A stretch of DNA of 64,000 bases, from assembly GCA_031835245.2 (NCBI GenBank), contig JAVKOQ020000114.1, positions 62,001 to 126,000 on the forward strand. The letters run 5' to 3'. The notes under the pieces were generated by a model. That model had not been told where the DNA came from, did no database searches, and saw only the letters and a list, made by a program, of their open reading frames with translations. This document shows positions 1-12,658 of the stretch, in pieces. Within the stretch, counting starts at the first letter, position 1. The number at the start of each line of letters is the position of its first letter. The translations under genes were made by a program, and so were the position numbers. The DNA is from Balamuthia mandrillaris. Its lineage: Eukaryota.

Positions 1-2126
1 TCAGCTTCTTCAGATTCATGGTGGCCGCATCACGAATGGAGAACACCGAGTCGCCCAACCAGCTCATGCAGAGGCTATCCAGCTTTTCGTCGAAGAACTT
101 GACGCCCAGCTGGGAGGCCAGCAGGGGGATGTACTCGATGATGGCCAGGCGCACGCGCCACTGTCGGTCCTCGGCAAGCTCCACGATGGCCGGGAGGAGC
201 GATTGGGAGAGCATCTCCACGCCGATCACCTTGTTGACCTCGTCCAGCTTGGAGATAATGTTGAGGCGAACCTCGGGGAAGTCGTCTTTCAGCAGCTGCA
301 GGAAGAGGTCCAGCAGGTGCTCCAGCGTTTTCTCCTTGCCAAACACAGGGGCCAATCCCATTATTACAGAAGCCAATGCAGCTATTTTTTGTTTTTCGGT
401 TAGTTGGTAAATAAAAGATAGAAAGAAAGAAAGAAAAGGAGAAGAGGAATGCAAAAAGGAAGGAAAGAAACCTCTAGCGTGCTGTGAGCCATCTGAAACG
501 AGTTCCTTGATGCAGGGAAGGATATGTTTAATAGATACTTCCACGGGCAACTTTTTGCAAACGCCGGTAACCTTGAAGGCACCCGCCGTCCTGACCTCTG
601 CCTCTGTGTCCTTCAACAAACGCACGAAAGCGGGCACGAGTTCTGCCTCTGTTGTCTCCGGTCCCAAAGCATCGCACAACTGTTATGCAGTTAACAAAGA
701 TTAGAAAGAATTGTTCTGAATGCGAACAAAAAAATATAAACCAAATAAAACAAAAGTTAAAGTAACACTTGCCTCGACAAACTTCTCGGCCATCATGTAG
801 CGAACTCGCCATGATCGGTCAGTGGCACAGGCACGCACGATGGGAAGTACGTATGTGCTCCTCTCCTCCGCGTTGAACAGCTTGCCCATAGAGACACAAG
901 TCTCAACGACGAGCAAGCGGACAGAGTCCTGCTCGTCTTTGGCAAGTTTGTGGAAGATCGGCACCAGCTCCTCAATAATGTGTTCTTTGGATGCAGCAGG
1001 TACAAAGTTCTAAGAGATATATTTAAAAGTTAGAACATCAAAAGCAATTAAAAAGAAAGAGAAAAACAAGCTAAGAAAAGATAAAAAAGTGAAAAAATAT
1101 ATACCTTCAAAGCAGAAGAACTTGCCCGGCGGACCATTGGTGTTTCATCATCGCTTAATTTTTTGAACAGGGCGCGCATCTCCTTCTGGATTGCAGGGTC
1201 AGAAATGCGGGGATAGGCAGAGGCAAAGAGACCGCATGCAGAGGTGCGGCAGGTGAACCAATCACCCGTAGCCAAACGTTTGATGAGGGGGATAAAGTCC
1301 GAGTTGAAACGTGCGTCTGGCAAAACCTCTTCCACCAAGCAAAGTGACTCTACAGCCTACAAAAATAAATAAACAGAAACGAAATAAGTTCATGGCATTT
1401 GAAGAAGTGAACAGGAAGAAGAGGGCCAGGAGGGAAAAAAGGGGAGAGAGAGAGAGAGAGAGAGAGAGATGAAGAGAGGAGAAACTTACTTTTTCTCTTA
1501 CAACAGTCTCTTCCACAGTGGCAAGCGTTTCCAATGGCGTAAGAAGGCAATAAGCTTCCTCAGGTCCTCCCACCAAGTCTACAAACTTGCCCAATTCCTC
1601 CGCCAAAGCCAACAAAACCTCGTCTTCATCATCCACACAGTCTTTTTTTGTATTTAAAGGAAGGAACAAAAAGCAGAAGGAGAATAGATACCGAATTGCG
1701 TTAATGAATTGACATTTAAAAAAGCAGACGGAAAAGGAACAAGGAAGGAGAGGAAAAGGAAAGAAAGAGAGAAGAGACGAGGGAGGAAGAGAGGAGGGAC
1801 GTAGAAGACAGAGGAAGAACAAGGGGGAAAATAAAAATCTGTTGTTTGGTTGTTGATAAGAAGGAGAAAGAAAGTACCGTTTGTCAGGTAAGGAAGCAGC
1901 TCCGAGCGAGTCCGTTCGGGACCCAAGGCGCGGGCAATGGAGCCCAGACGATGGATGGAGTTCAGTCGGAGTTGGATGTCCTCATTTTTAAGTTCGTCTA
2001 TCAACAGCTGAATGGGAAGGAGAGAGTCGTCCCCTTTTTCGGCTGAGCAGTCGATAAATAGAACGGTGGAGAGGTAAGCGAAGCACCGACAAATAAAAAA
2101 GAAGGGAAAGAATAACAATAGTAACC

Positions 2127-2166
<40 letters not shown>

Positions 2167-2189
2167 GAACAACGCAACATACCGCTCAT
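1..2189 (-). CDS. PPP2R1A: Protein phosphatase 2A scaffold (A) subunit, HEAT repeats; multi-exon, 3' end runs off the window
   Basis: Spliced exons give [76 protein letters not shown] at 2189 followed by a GTATGT donor. Confidence 0.95.
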
Positions 2190-3044
2190 TGTGTTTTTTT
2201 AAATGTGTAAAGGTTTTGGTTTGGTGCCGCGGCTAGTTCTATGAACGTCCTACAAGGTAGCAGGGGTTTTTTTGTTTTTGATCAGTTTGCGTTTTTGGAA
2301 TGATAAGACGGGAAAAAAAAGACCACAACAGAAAAAACCAAAAAGAAACCAAAAAGAAAAAGATAATCCATTCCAATCACGATTCGATCTTTCGCTTTCA
2401 CACCTCTCTCTCTCTCGTCAAATCAATTCAAAAAAAAAACAAAGCATTCTCTTCCCCCCACAAACAAACACGAACAATCAAAAGCATGAGCAGAAGAATA
2501 TATCATAATCCAAAAAAAAAAAAAAAAAAGAAGAACAACAGATGAACGCACTTTCAAAACAAAGTATCGGCCACTACTCGTTTCCTTCCAATCTTTCCCC
2601 CTTATTTTTTTTGCCCTCAATTCTTTGCGCCAAGAAAAGAAAGAAAAAATTAGCGCGAGTGACCGCAATCACACAGCAAAGAAAAAAAAATGGCGGAGTT
2701 TGCCAAAAACGGGTCGCTCATTGGTTCCCGCCCAAGATAATTGGGAATACTTTTGCAGGAACGCGCGATTTATTGTTTCGTGACGATACCTCCATTTGAT
2801 TCCGGATTGGTGCGAGATTTCAAAGCACCACTCGCGTTTCTGTTTGTAATGTAAGATCCGATCACCGAGGCGAAAAAATATCGCAGGAGGCGGATAATCC
2901 CAGATAAATTTCTGCTCCCTGAACGATAATAATCGTAAAGCAAAAGAAACAAAAAAAAAGAGCGCACACACATCGGAGAGCGGATCATCGATTGGAGTCG
3001 ATTTTTTCCCCTGCTGGACCTTTTGATAAAATTTGAGCCTCGCA

Positions 3045-3354
3045 ATGGACCCCAAAACCACCAACCTGCTTTACAAGAACGTGTTGAAGAGGAACTCCAC
3101 CTTCATCTCCTTCGTCATCCTGGGCGCTGTTGCCACCGAGGTCTTTTCTGGAGTCTTCACCGACACCTTTTGGAGATTCATGAACCGAGGCGTTCGTTCC
3201 TCTCTCCCTTTCTCTCTCTCTCTCTCTCTTCTCCTCCCTTTTTACGTAGTACTCATCAGAATTAAAAAATAATAATCTATAGAAACTGTGGGCCGACTTT
3301 AAGCGCGACGTCTACCCCAAGATCAAAGCAAAGAAGGAAGGAGGCGAGGAATAA
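3045..3354 (+). CDS. QCR9: Cytochrome b-c1 complex subunit 9 (QCR9/UQCR10), 2 exons
   Basis: LYKNVLKRNSTFISFVILGA...FWRFMNRG|KLWADFK matches the QCR9 pattern; GT-AG intron ~3192-3281. Confidence 0.85.
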
Positions 3355-3623
3355 ACACACAGAACAACAGATCGGAGTAAGCGGTATTTTTTTTGTGTGC
3401 GTGTGAGAGCAGAGCAGAGGTGATCTACATGTTTGTTTGTTTTTTTTTTTTTTTGCAGTGGAGAGGGAGAGCAGAGAGAGGTTTTTTTTTTTTTGGTGAT
3501 TTTATGAAGGTGGAACTGAACACCACAAAGAAGAAGAGGGCAGTCTTCTTCTCCGGCTACTACACGCACACAAACACACAGCTGCTTGGCCAGCAGTCTG
3601 AAAAAAAAAAAAACAAAGCGCTC

Positions 3624-4983
3624 TTAGGCAAACATGTCGTACTCGTCCTCCACAATGTCGTCGTATGCTGCTGCGCTTTTGGCTGCTGGTGCTTTCTTCT
3701 TTCCTCCTTTTTTGGTTGAAAACAAAAGAGAAGAGAGGAGTGAGCAGGAGAGAGCAGAGAAAAGAGAGAGAAGGAACGAAGAGAAAGAAGAGAGAATAAA
3801 GAAAGGAGCAGGAAGAATGGAAGGAAAAGGACGAACCCTTTTTCTTTTTGGTGGAGCTGGCCTTGATTTTATCGTTGATGAGGACGCCCACAAGAGCACT
3901 CAGCTCCTTCAGATCTTCTGGAGTTACGTTGTTAGCAGATTCTCTGATCACTGTCTTCAACAAGTGTGTGTAGTGATAGCTTTCCTGTGTTGTTGTTGTT
4001 AGGACTTCGGTTAGAGCTCATGAAAAAGGTGACAAAGAGAATGGACAGAAGCGCGTAAGAGCAAAGGAATGAGGAGAAGAGAAGAGGAGAACGAAAAGAG
4101 AACAAAGAACGAGAGAACAAAACAAAAAGAAAAAGAGAAAGAAACAACGTGGACATACTTGGTACGGTGTTAACTTTGCAGCCACCATCTTTCCATATCT
4201 CGTAAAGTCTCTCTCCGTCTTTGGTTTGAAAGTGTCTAGCGTGGAGCCCTGCTCTCCTTCCTGCTCTTCTCCCGCACCCTCGCCCTCCTCTCCTCCAAAC
4301 AGCGCCTCGTTCTCATCCTGGTTGATGCCAAAGGCTTCCATGGCGTTCTCCAAGTCGGCAGCCTCCACTCGGGCCTGACGAGCGGCCCGTTCCTCATTGG
4401 AGAGGGAGTACTCGCCGAGAACGGGGGAGGAGCTTTCCGCCGCCCGTTTCTCCTGCTCTTCCTTTCTGAGCTTCTTCATGCCGGACTTCTTTTTGGTGGA
4501 GGTCTTTTGAAAGTTCTTCTTCTCCCCACTGGCGGCTGGGGCAGCGCCTCCTGCAGGCTTGGGCACGCTGTCCCAGCTTTCCAGCACGTTCTCGGCCTCG
4601 TCCACTTCGTCGTCAAAGGTTTGGGTCGAGGTGGCCACAGAGGGCACTTCAAAGTCATCATCGTCTGCAACAGCCGTGCGAAGGAAAAGCAAATAGAAAA
4701 ACGTAGAGGAAACGAGTAGCAAAAAAAACAAAAGGTGAGAAATAGGATACAGTGAAGGAGAGATAACAACAATAGAGATGAAACGAAGAAGAAGCAAAAA
4801 AAAAATAAATAAAAAACGAGAAAGAACAAAGGCAAATAGAAAAAGTTGTTGTTGCAAGTAACAACGATGCAGAGCGAAGAAAAAGCGAACAACATAGCAC
4901 ATCGAGGGGAAAAATAAAATAAAAGAAAGAAAGAAAGAAACAACGATAAAGCATCAAAACAAATTAGCAATACCCCATGACAT
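3624..4983 (-). CDS. eIF3j: Translation initiation factor eIF3 subunit J, multi-exon
   Basis: MSW|DDDDFE, LESWD, RQARVEAADLENAMEAFG, FKPKTERDF, acidic C-terminal EYDMFA. Confidence 0.85.
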
Positions 4984-5428
4984 GGTTTCTGCTCTTTTCC
5001 CTTTGCCCTCTGCTTTGTTCGCTACCAAAGAACAAAAAAAGACACACACACAACTGATGGTCTTTTTTTTTCCCCCCTAATCACTTCCCTGCCTCCCAAC
5101 AAGCGGTGCTTTGCACTGAGCCCCCTTCTCCTGTTTGAACCGCGGCTTTGCGTGATTTTTTTTATGAAGTTGTGCGGAACTACTCCCCAAACATATATCT
5201 TGTCGACACGATGTGAAATTTCGAGGAGATTCTGGAAAACGAGAAACGGAAAATTTCCAAATGAGCTGCGTCGGATAATTTTTTATTTTTCCTGGTATGA
5301 AGTGACCCTCATGTCATTTTTTTTTCTTTGTGTTCCGTTTTTTTCGCTTCGCAAACAAAAAAAAAATAAGTCAGAAAAAAACACACTCTCTTCCGCTACC
5401 CCCCTCTCTTCCTCACACACACAACACA

Positions 5429-5879
5429 ATGGTACGTTCCTGCCTCTTCTCTTTGTCTGTGCTGCGTTCGCGATTAAATCTAGTAGTGAGAAATACAAGA
5501 TGAAGGCTGATGAATACACTGAGCTAACTCGTTATTTTTTTTTTTGCTACTTTTTTACGCCCTCTTCCCCTCTTCTTCACTCCAGTCCTCCAAGCGATTG
5601 GTGCCTCTCTTTGATCGTGTGCTCATCCGCAAGCTTCAACCCCAAAAGACTACGGTGGGCGGTATTGTGCTTCCCGAGTCCGCCACAAAGAAGGTCAACC
5701 AGGGCACAGTCGTCGCGGTGGGCCCCGGCGCTCGCGACAGGGAGGGCCGAATGATCCCCATGTCCGTGAAGCCCGGAGACAATGTGCTGCTGTCCGAGTT
5801 TGGAGGCACCGAGGTGGAGCTCGCCGGTGAGGAGCTTGCCCTCTACAGAGAGGACGAGATCCTTGGCAAGCTCGAGTAA
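5429..5879 (+). CDS. HSPE1: 10 kDa chaperonin (Hsp10/Cpn10); first exon is the ATG only
   Basis: LVPLFDRVLI...TVGGIVLPE...GTVVAVGPG...VKPGDNVLLSEFGGT; intron 5432-5585. Confidence 0.95.
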
Positions 5880-6149
5880 AACAACAAAGAGGACATTCTT
5901 CACACTGGCCGCTGTTTTTTTTTCTCACTCTATTTAATTTTTTTTGATCAATCTTTTTTTCCTTTGTCGACAATCTTCTTTTTTTTTCTGTCGGGATTTT
6001 ATCAGGACGTCATGAAAAGTTTCTGGCGGGAAGAAAGAGGTCAACTTCTGCTAAAATGGAGAAAAATTTGGTCACGACGTGTCGACAATTAATGAGCGTA
6101 CATCGAAAAAAAAAAAGAGTAGTGACGACGAGCAGCACAAACAAAAAAA

Positions 6150-8082
6150 ATGGCAGAGCAAGAACGAAAGGAGGAAGTATGCCCGCCTCAGGAGGAGGAG
6201 GAGAAAGAGGAAGCTCCTTCTTCTTCTTCTCATGCTCCTCCTGTCAACCCTACGTTAGAGCAACCCAATGATGTTGACCCGAGTGATCCACCCCCGCTCC
6301 CACCGTCAACAACTCCTGCGTTAGGGGAAGAGGCTGCCACCAGTGCGTTACCTCCACCACAAAAAGAAGAGGAAGAAGCCCCGCCACCAACTCCAACTCC
6401 TGCCATGCCAGACAAAGAAGAAGGAGAGGAGCAAGAAAAAGGGTTGAGACGAGAATTGGAGGATTTGCGGGAGAAACACACCAAGGCGGTTCGTCTCTTC
6501 CAACTTTCCAAGAAAAAATGTGCAGACTACAACCGAGTGGTCGCCGAGAAGGAGCAAGAGAACGAGGAGCTTCGTGCCCTCCTGCAACAAAAAGGGGAGG
6601 CGGACCAGGCCCTCCAGGTTCGTGTGGCAGCAGCGGAGGCCAGAGCAGCCCGGCTGGAGCAAGAGTCCGCCGAGGCACTCCGCCAGGCAGAGAAGGAGAG
6701 AGAGGAGATGCGAGAGGAGGTGAAGTCGCTGAGGGCTCGGTTGAGGGAGGAGAAGGAGTCAGAGGAAGCGCTGGAGAAAAAGGCGAGGCAGGAGCAGGAG
6801 GAGTTGAGGGAGGAGGCCAACTCGCTGAGAGCGCGGCTGGAGCAGAGGGAGAGGCAGTTGCAGCAGGTGAGGGAGGAGTTTGGAGCCTACAAGGTGCGAG
6901 CCACTGTCGCGCTTCATCAATTGGAGAGACAGAAGCAAAGTGGAGCTAAGAAAAGAGATGAAGAAGCAGAGGAAGCAAATGAAGAAGCAGAAACAGAGAG
7001 AGAAGAAAAAGAAGGAGAACAAGAACAAGAACAGAAAATGGAAGAAGTACATGAAAAGAGAGAACAAGAGGATAAGAATGCACAGCCAAAAGAGGGAGCA
7101 GAAGAAGATAAGGAAAAGAGACCACGAACGAACAGTGTAAGATTGAAGGCGGAGGAGAAAGAACAAGAAGATGGAAATGGAACCTTCAAGACGAATCCTT
7201 TCTTGGAAGCTACAGTACAAAAGTTGCAACGGAGAAACGAAGAGTTAGCTCAGGAGCGAGAAGAACTGCAGCAGCGGTTGAGAAAGGAGAGAAAAGAGCA
7301 TCAGGACTTGATGAACGCCAAAGACAGAGCCCTGGAGGACCTTTGGCAAAGCGAACAACGGCACAAAGCCGCCATCAAACAACTGGAACAACAAGAAAGA
7401 GAACTTATCTCTCAACATTCTGCTGGTAACTTTTTTGTTTTTCATATTATTATCTTTTCTCTTTGTGTTATGCTGCATTTTTTAATATTTTTGTTTTATT
7501 TATTTTCGTTTTGTTGATGATACAAAGAAATAATTGCGTTGAAGAAAGAGTTGGAGGACACAAGGTCCAGCTTGCAGGAGGAGTTGGCTTCAGTGCAACA
7601 AAGGCAAGAAGCTGAACTCCAAGCCAAAGAAGAGGAGAACAGAAAGCTTAACAGGAAGATAACGGTTCGTTCTATCTTCTTCTCTTTTCTTCTTATTATT
7701 TTCTTTCGCTGTTCTTTCTTCCTTCTGTTATTCGATGAAAGGACTTATAGGAAATGTCGTCAAAGGCATTGGAACAACGTATTCGTCTTTTACAAGGCAT
7801 GCAAGGATCCTCTTCAGAAGGGCATACAGAAAAAACAACAAAGCGCAATTCTCAAAATATAAATAAGACTGTTTTGGAGGCAACATTTAACGGGACCTCA
7901 ACAAGGGAAGAAAAAGAAGCAGTCGGATTGCATACATCACCTGACCGATCTACCTTATCCAATGGAGCTCCTCAACATGCCAGTGGCATAGCCTTACCTT
8001 CTATCAAACTTCCACAAAGCACCCCATTACAGGCAATTTTTATTAGCTTTATCTTCTTCTTTTCTTCCCTCTTTTGTTCTCT

Positions 8083-8125
<43 letters not shown>

Positions 8126-8379
8126 GAAAAACTGCTGACAAATAACGTTTTTTCAGGATGCCGCTCCTTCACTCTTGTTTTACGATCATTTGAAACGGAC
8201 TCAATCGGAGGAGTGTCAACGTCTGCGCCAACAATTGCAGGAAATGACGGAGAGCCTGTCAGACCATCAACGCATGGTGCAGTTGCTGCAGATGCAAGAG
8301 AGGGTCTTGAAGGAGGAGATCCGAGAAATGGAGCGAAACCATAAACGGACAGAGTTAAGCGAAAATGATCTATCGTTCG

Positions 8380-8424
<45 letters not shown>

Positions 8425-8693
8425 CTCCATCTTATTTTCTTTAATACGCAGATATTTGAAAAACGTGATGGTAAAGTTTTTGGTAAAGCCACAAGAACAT
8501 GAAGCGGTATTAGCGGTGATAGCGAGAATGCTTCAGTTTTCTCCAGAGGAACAGCGGCAAATACAAGAAGCACGGAAGCAAGAACGGAGTCTTTGGGACA
8601 AAGTTCGTACTTTTTTTTTCTCTTTCTCCCAGAAATGGAGGCCTCTTTCCTTGGTTGCTAACCTAACAAAAGGTTTGGAGCGGAAGAACATGA
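6150..8693 (+). CDS. GRIP-domain golgin (long coiled coil), multi-exon
   Basis: E/K/Q/R-rich heptads; C-terminal YLKNVMVKFL...LAVIARMLQFSPEE GRIP motif. Confidence 0.85.
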
Positions 8694-8843
8694 GAGCTAG
8701 GAAGCAAAAGGTGCTGTTGATGTTGTTTGTAAACGAACAGCACTCAAAGAAATATATGTACAGAAGCACTTGGTCAATCTCTTCAAAAAGCTATCAGAAG
8801 AGGATCAAAGAAGTAGGAAGCAAGACACCAGCTTTATTCACAA

Positions 8844-10154
8844 TTAGACGTATGTGATCGTTTTGGCACGCTTTCTATTGTTTGCCATCATCATCTCCTG
8901 TTCTTTCCTCAACACCGCTTTCTCGTCTTCTATCATCTGCTCCATACTTACTCCATGGCTCACATGCACCTTCTCAAAAGTCAACCCCTTTTCTGCCTCT
9001 TCTTCTATCGCTCTATTGTTCCTCTTCTTATTCTTCATCCTTCTCTCTTCCTCCTCCTCTTTCTCCCTCTCCTTCGCCCACAACTCCTGCAAAATTCTCT
9101 CCTTCTCCTCTTCCTCTTCCTCCACCTCCTTCCTCTGCCTCTCCCACTCGTTCCACCTCTCCTCTCTCTCCGCCTCCTCTTTGACCTTTTGGCTAACACC
9201 CGCGATGGCATTCAGATCTTCCTGGATCTTGTTCAGCTCGAACTGCTCCAACAACAGCGCTTCCCTCTCTTTCTCCGCCAGCTCCTCCAACACCGTCTCG
9301 TCATCAGGATTCTCCTCGGCTCTCTCCCAGGCTCTCTCCACCTCCAGCAAGACCTCCTTCTGTACTTGCTCCATCTCCTCCACCTCCCTCACGAGAGAGG
9401 AGAGACGTTGGGTCAGCTCCTCCAACTCCTTTTCCTCCTGTTTCAACGCCATGACCTCTCTGTGCAGTTGCAGCTGAGCCTCCTCCAGTTCTTTCTTACG
9501 AAGCGCGGCCATCTTTGCCAGCTCTTCTTTGTTGCTTTGGCGCTCCTCCTTTGTGCTTGCTGTTGTGGAAATTTTATGTGCTGTTGCATCGTTCCAGTTG
9601 TTATAGTCTTCTTCTTCATCGTAGTCGTTGTTATTGGCGTGCTTATTCTTATTCTTGGCCGTTTTCTTGACTTGTTGCAGCTCTTCCTGTTGTTCTTGCT
9701 GCTTGAACTGTTTCTTGAGTTCGACGGGCAAACGTTCCTTCTCCATTTCCTCGATCTTTCTGCGAAGGGCAGCTTTGCCTTCCTCTATCTTTCTCTGGAG
9801 GATCTCCTCCTCGCTCCATTGTTGTTGTGGTTTGTTGTTGCCCAGCTTGTTGTCATCGTTGACCACTTTCCATGCTTTACCTTTCTCGTAAGGCTCGTAC
9901 CAAGGCGCTTCCTCCTCTTCCTCCTCCGCTTCTTTGTCATGATAGTTTTCGACAAAAAAGTCATCCTCTTCGTAGGTCTCGTCTCCGCTCATCTTTGGCC
10001 CCCAAGCCAACAGCTTGCGCATGTGAAAGGCAAGGGTGGCGGGCTTTTCCTCCGGAACCATCGCCGAAAAACGTATCACCAATGTGAGGCAAAGCAATAC
10101 CAAAAGGAGCGCTCCCATCCAGGCAAGGTTGCTTGCAACGAATCGTCTTGCCAT
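8844..10154 (-). CDS. Uncharacterised acidic coiled-coil protein with N-terminal membrane anchor or signal; single exon
   Basis: 436-aa ORF; hydrophobic N-terminal stretch (WMGALLLVLLCLTLVI) then E/K-rich coiled coil. Confidence 0.7.
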   Translation of the reverse strand: MARRFVASNLAWMGALLLVLLCLTLVIRFSAMVPEEKPATLAFHMRKLLAWGPKMSGDETYEEDDFFVENYHDKEAEEEEEEAPWYEPYEKGKAWKVVNDDNKLGNNKPQQQWSEEEILQRKIEEGKAALRRKIEEMEKERLPVELKKQFKQQEQQEELQQVKKTAKNKNKHANNNDYDEEEDYNNWNDATAHKISTTASTKEERQSNKEELAKMAALRKKELEEAQLQLHREVMALKQEEKELEELTQRLSSLVREVEEMEQVQKEVLLEVERAWERAEENPDDETVLEELAEKEREALLLEQFELNKIQEDLNAIAGVSQKVKEEAEREERWNEWERQRKEVEEEEEEKERILQELWAKEREKEEEEERRMKNKKRNNRAIEEEAEKGLTFEKVHVSHGVSMEQMIEDEKAVLRKEQEMMMANNRKRAKTITYV

Positions 10155-10381
10155 CTTCCGCCCTACCCTCCGACTTTGTGCGAGTATATTCTTTTCTTCT
10201 CTTTATAACTTTTTGTTGCGCTAAACGACGCGATAACCAAAAAAAGGTATTTCGTGACGTGGCAAAATTAGTAGACACCCCCGGTTCGATCCTCATCTCG
10301 TACATATTTCTTTTTAAGATTTCCGCCGGTTCGACTCTCACTCCCGACAAGTTCAACTTCACTTTTCAAGTTGGGGAGAAG

Positions 10382-12317
10382 ATGAGAAAGCTGCGAAGGA
10401 CTGCTCTTGCCACGACGGTTTTTGTGGGGGTAGGTTCTGAGAGCCATCGGATCGGCCAAAGAAAACGGCACTCTGACTTGATGGCTTTCTTTTTTTTGTT
10501 TTTTCAAGGGCACAGCAGCGGTGCTATACACCGGTCACCCAAAGGTAGCCTTTTCTCCTGCTCTAAAGTGTAGTCTCTTTTTGCCATGTGTCCTTTCTGG
10601 TAACCTTACCACCACTGCTTCTCAAATTTGTTGTTCTCTTTCTTTTTCGCTATACCCTTCTTTTTGTTTTCTTCTTGTTCTTCTTCTTCTTGTTCTTCTT
10701 CTTCTGCTTCTTCTTGTTCTTCTTCTTGTCCTTGTTCTTCTTGTTTTTGTTCTTCTTCTTCTTCTTCTTCTTCTTCTTGTTCTTGTTCTTCTTCTTCTTC
10801 TTCTTGTTCTTCTTGTTCTTCTTCTTGTTCTTCTTCTTGTTCTTGTTCTTCTTCTTCTTGTTCTTCTTCTTGTTCTTCTTCTTCTTCTTCTTCTTGTTCT
10901 CCTCATCGCCACAATCATCATCTTCACCGAAACCATGAAACAGGTGCTGAAGTACAGTTTTCCCATGCCGAAGGTAGCATTCGAGACGGCGCTTTGCTGC
11001 TACAAGACCTGTCCATGAAATGGAAAGAGTGGAGCCCACTCGCAAATACTTTGGGCCTTCCTTCGCTCCTCAAAAAGCGGTTCAACGTGGAGCTAGAAGC
11101 AAAGCGAGTGGAGCTGCTCTTTGGCCAGAACGAAACGGAAGAGGCGGAGCAACAAAATGTTTCGTTGGATGCCCATGAACGAAAGGAATGGCAACAACAG
11201 TGGGCACAACGAAAGCAAGAAAGAAACAACGTGCGATGGTGGAGACTAGAACAGAAAAAGGTGAACGATAACGCCAAAGGAACAGACGAAGCGGAGAAAA
11301 CAGTGCAAACAAAAGTGCTTTTGTGGGAGCACGTTCAAGTGGAAGGTCTGCGAGGGTGGTTTGAAGTGCTTGAACGGGAACAAAAGAAAGAGAAGAAGGA
11401 AGAAACGGACTTTTCCTTCAGGTACTTGCGGCTGCCCGATTGTGCAATGAAGCTTGTGGACTCGGCTGTGCAGGGACACAAGAGGGAACGGGCAGAGTTT
11501 CCGTTGGTTCATTTTGAAAGCTTCGAGGCCAGGAACTTTGATACCACTCGCGTTCTTGCTTCCGCGCTTCACCATACTCAATGCCAAGGGTACCGTTATT
11601 CTATTCTATTCTTTTGTCCGTTCAGTTCTCTTTCTTGTTCTCGCTCTGTACTGACTGTCCTATGGGTACAAAAGACATGTAAATGGGCACCCCTTTCACA
11701 TAAAGCACATCAAACAAAGCCTTTCCCCGTTAAATCCCCCAAGAATCAGCTACAACAAAGATAGAGCAGAAGAAAATCTAACCCATGTCCATGCAGATGG
11801 ACTGCCCATCCTTGTGCTGGCCAAGTACTTGCGTCCTCCTTTGTCATGGATCACCGCGGCCAACATGCACCTGGACTTGAAACTCCAATTCTCCTCCCTG
11901 CTCTATCCAGGATGCACCGTCGTAGACTGCTCCTTAGCTCTTCGTGATATTCGTGCTGAAGCTCCTTTGCATCTTCGACAACCCAACGAACAGCAAATAA
12001 CTCTCGTTGACACACTTGAATCCCTCGAGCGGATAGCACAGCTCCCTGCAACAGCGTTTCAGCAAAGAGCTATAGAAGCAATGGCGATTCCTCTCGTCCG
12101 CTTCATGAATGCCAACGCAGCCTCAGGACTTTCGCTTCGCTTTCGAGTGAACGTGGGCAATGCAGACCTCTTCCACAAGGAAGAGCAGTTCCTGCAAGAG
12201 CTTGCCATGGCGATAGCCGTGGACCTAGTGCAACAAGGCGCAAGCTACATCTCCGAATTCACGCTAAACCAAGCCAGAGACACCATTCTCCAACAACTCC
12301 AAAAGTTCACTGGGTGA
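10382..12317 (+). CDS. Mdm31/Mdm32-like mitochondrial distribution and morphology protein, multi-exon
   Basis: VQVEGLRG, ADGLPI..LRPPLSWITAANM, LALRDIRAEAPL and AIPLVRFMNA resemble recalled Mdm31 motifs (GPFGWITEG, LNNVRAEVPL, IRPIVAYIN); basic N-terminus. Confidence 0.55.
10671..10900. repeat. (CTT/GTT)n compound microsatellite, intronic
   Basis: Directly visible. Confidence 0.95.
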
Positions 12318-12475
12318 GCGGTGAAGAAGAAAGCATGCACAAAAATAAACAGCCCAAGCAGAGATATTTTTTTTTTTTCCACGAGCGGCCAAAGCAGCAG
12401 CACTCGGCGGACCGCAAGGCGAGGAATGCAGAATGCGGGTTTGCCCACAGAAGGGAGGGAAACTTCGCCAAGCTA

Positions 12476-12547
12476 AGGCGCGTGGCCAAATGGAAAGGCG
12501 TCTGCCTACGGAGCAGAAGATTGTGGGTTCGATCCCCACCGTGCCTG
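12476..12547 (+). tRNA. tRNA-Arg(ACG)
   Basis: Acceptor stem AGGCGCG/CGTGCCT, anticodon arm TCTGC-CTACGGA-GCAGA, T-loop GGTTCGATCC, downstream oligo-T terminator. Confidence 0.97.
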
Positions 12548-12658
12548 ATTTCTTTTTTTTTTGGTTCGTGTTTACGTATCGAAGAAGAAATATGTTGCAG
12601 GGTTTTTTGTTGCAGCGGAAGCAAGCAAAAACTGAGAGCCTTTGCCCCTCGTTAGCAA

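Noticed and set aside
8854..10208. Long antisense ORFs over coiled-coil or low-complexity genes (also 22243-22864 and 49189-50994)
   Set aside because: Shadow ORFs caused by biased codon composition on the coding strand.
10521..11045. Poly-L/F/K/R ORFs here and at 15549-16719, 23998-24497, 29070-29517, 42553-43133, 56411-56870 and 62757-63032
   Set aside because: They are translations of stop-free microsatellites lying in introns or intergenic DNA.
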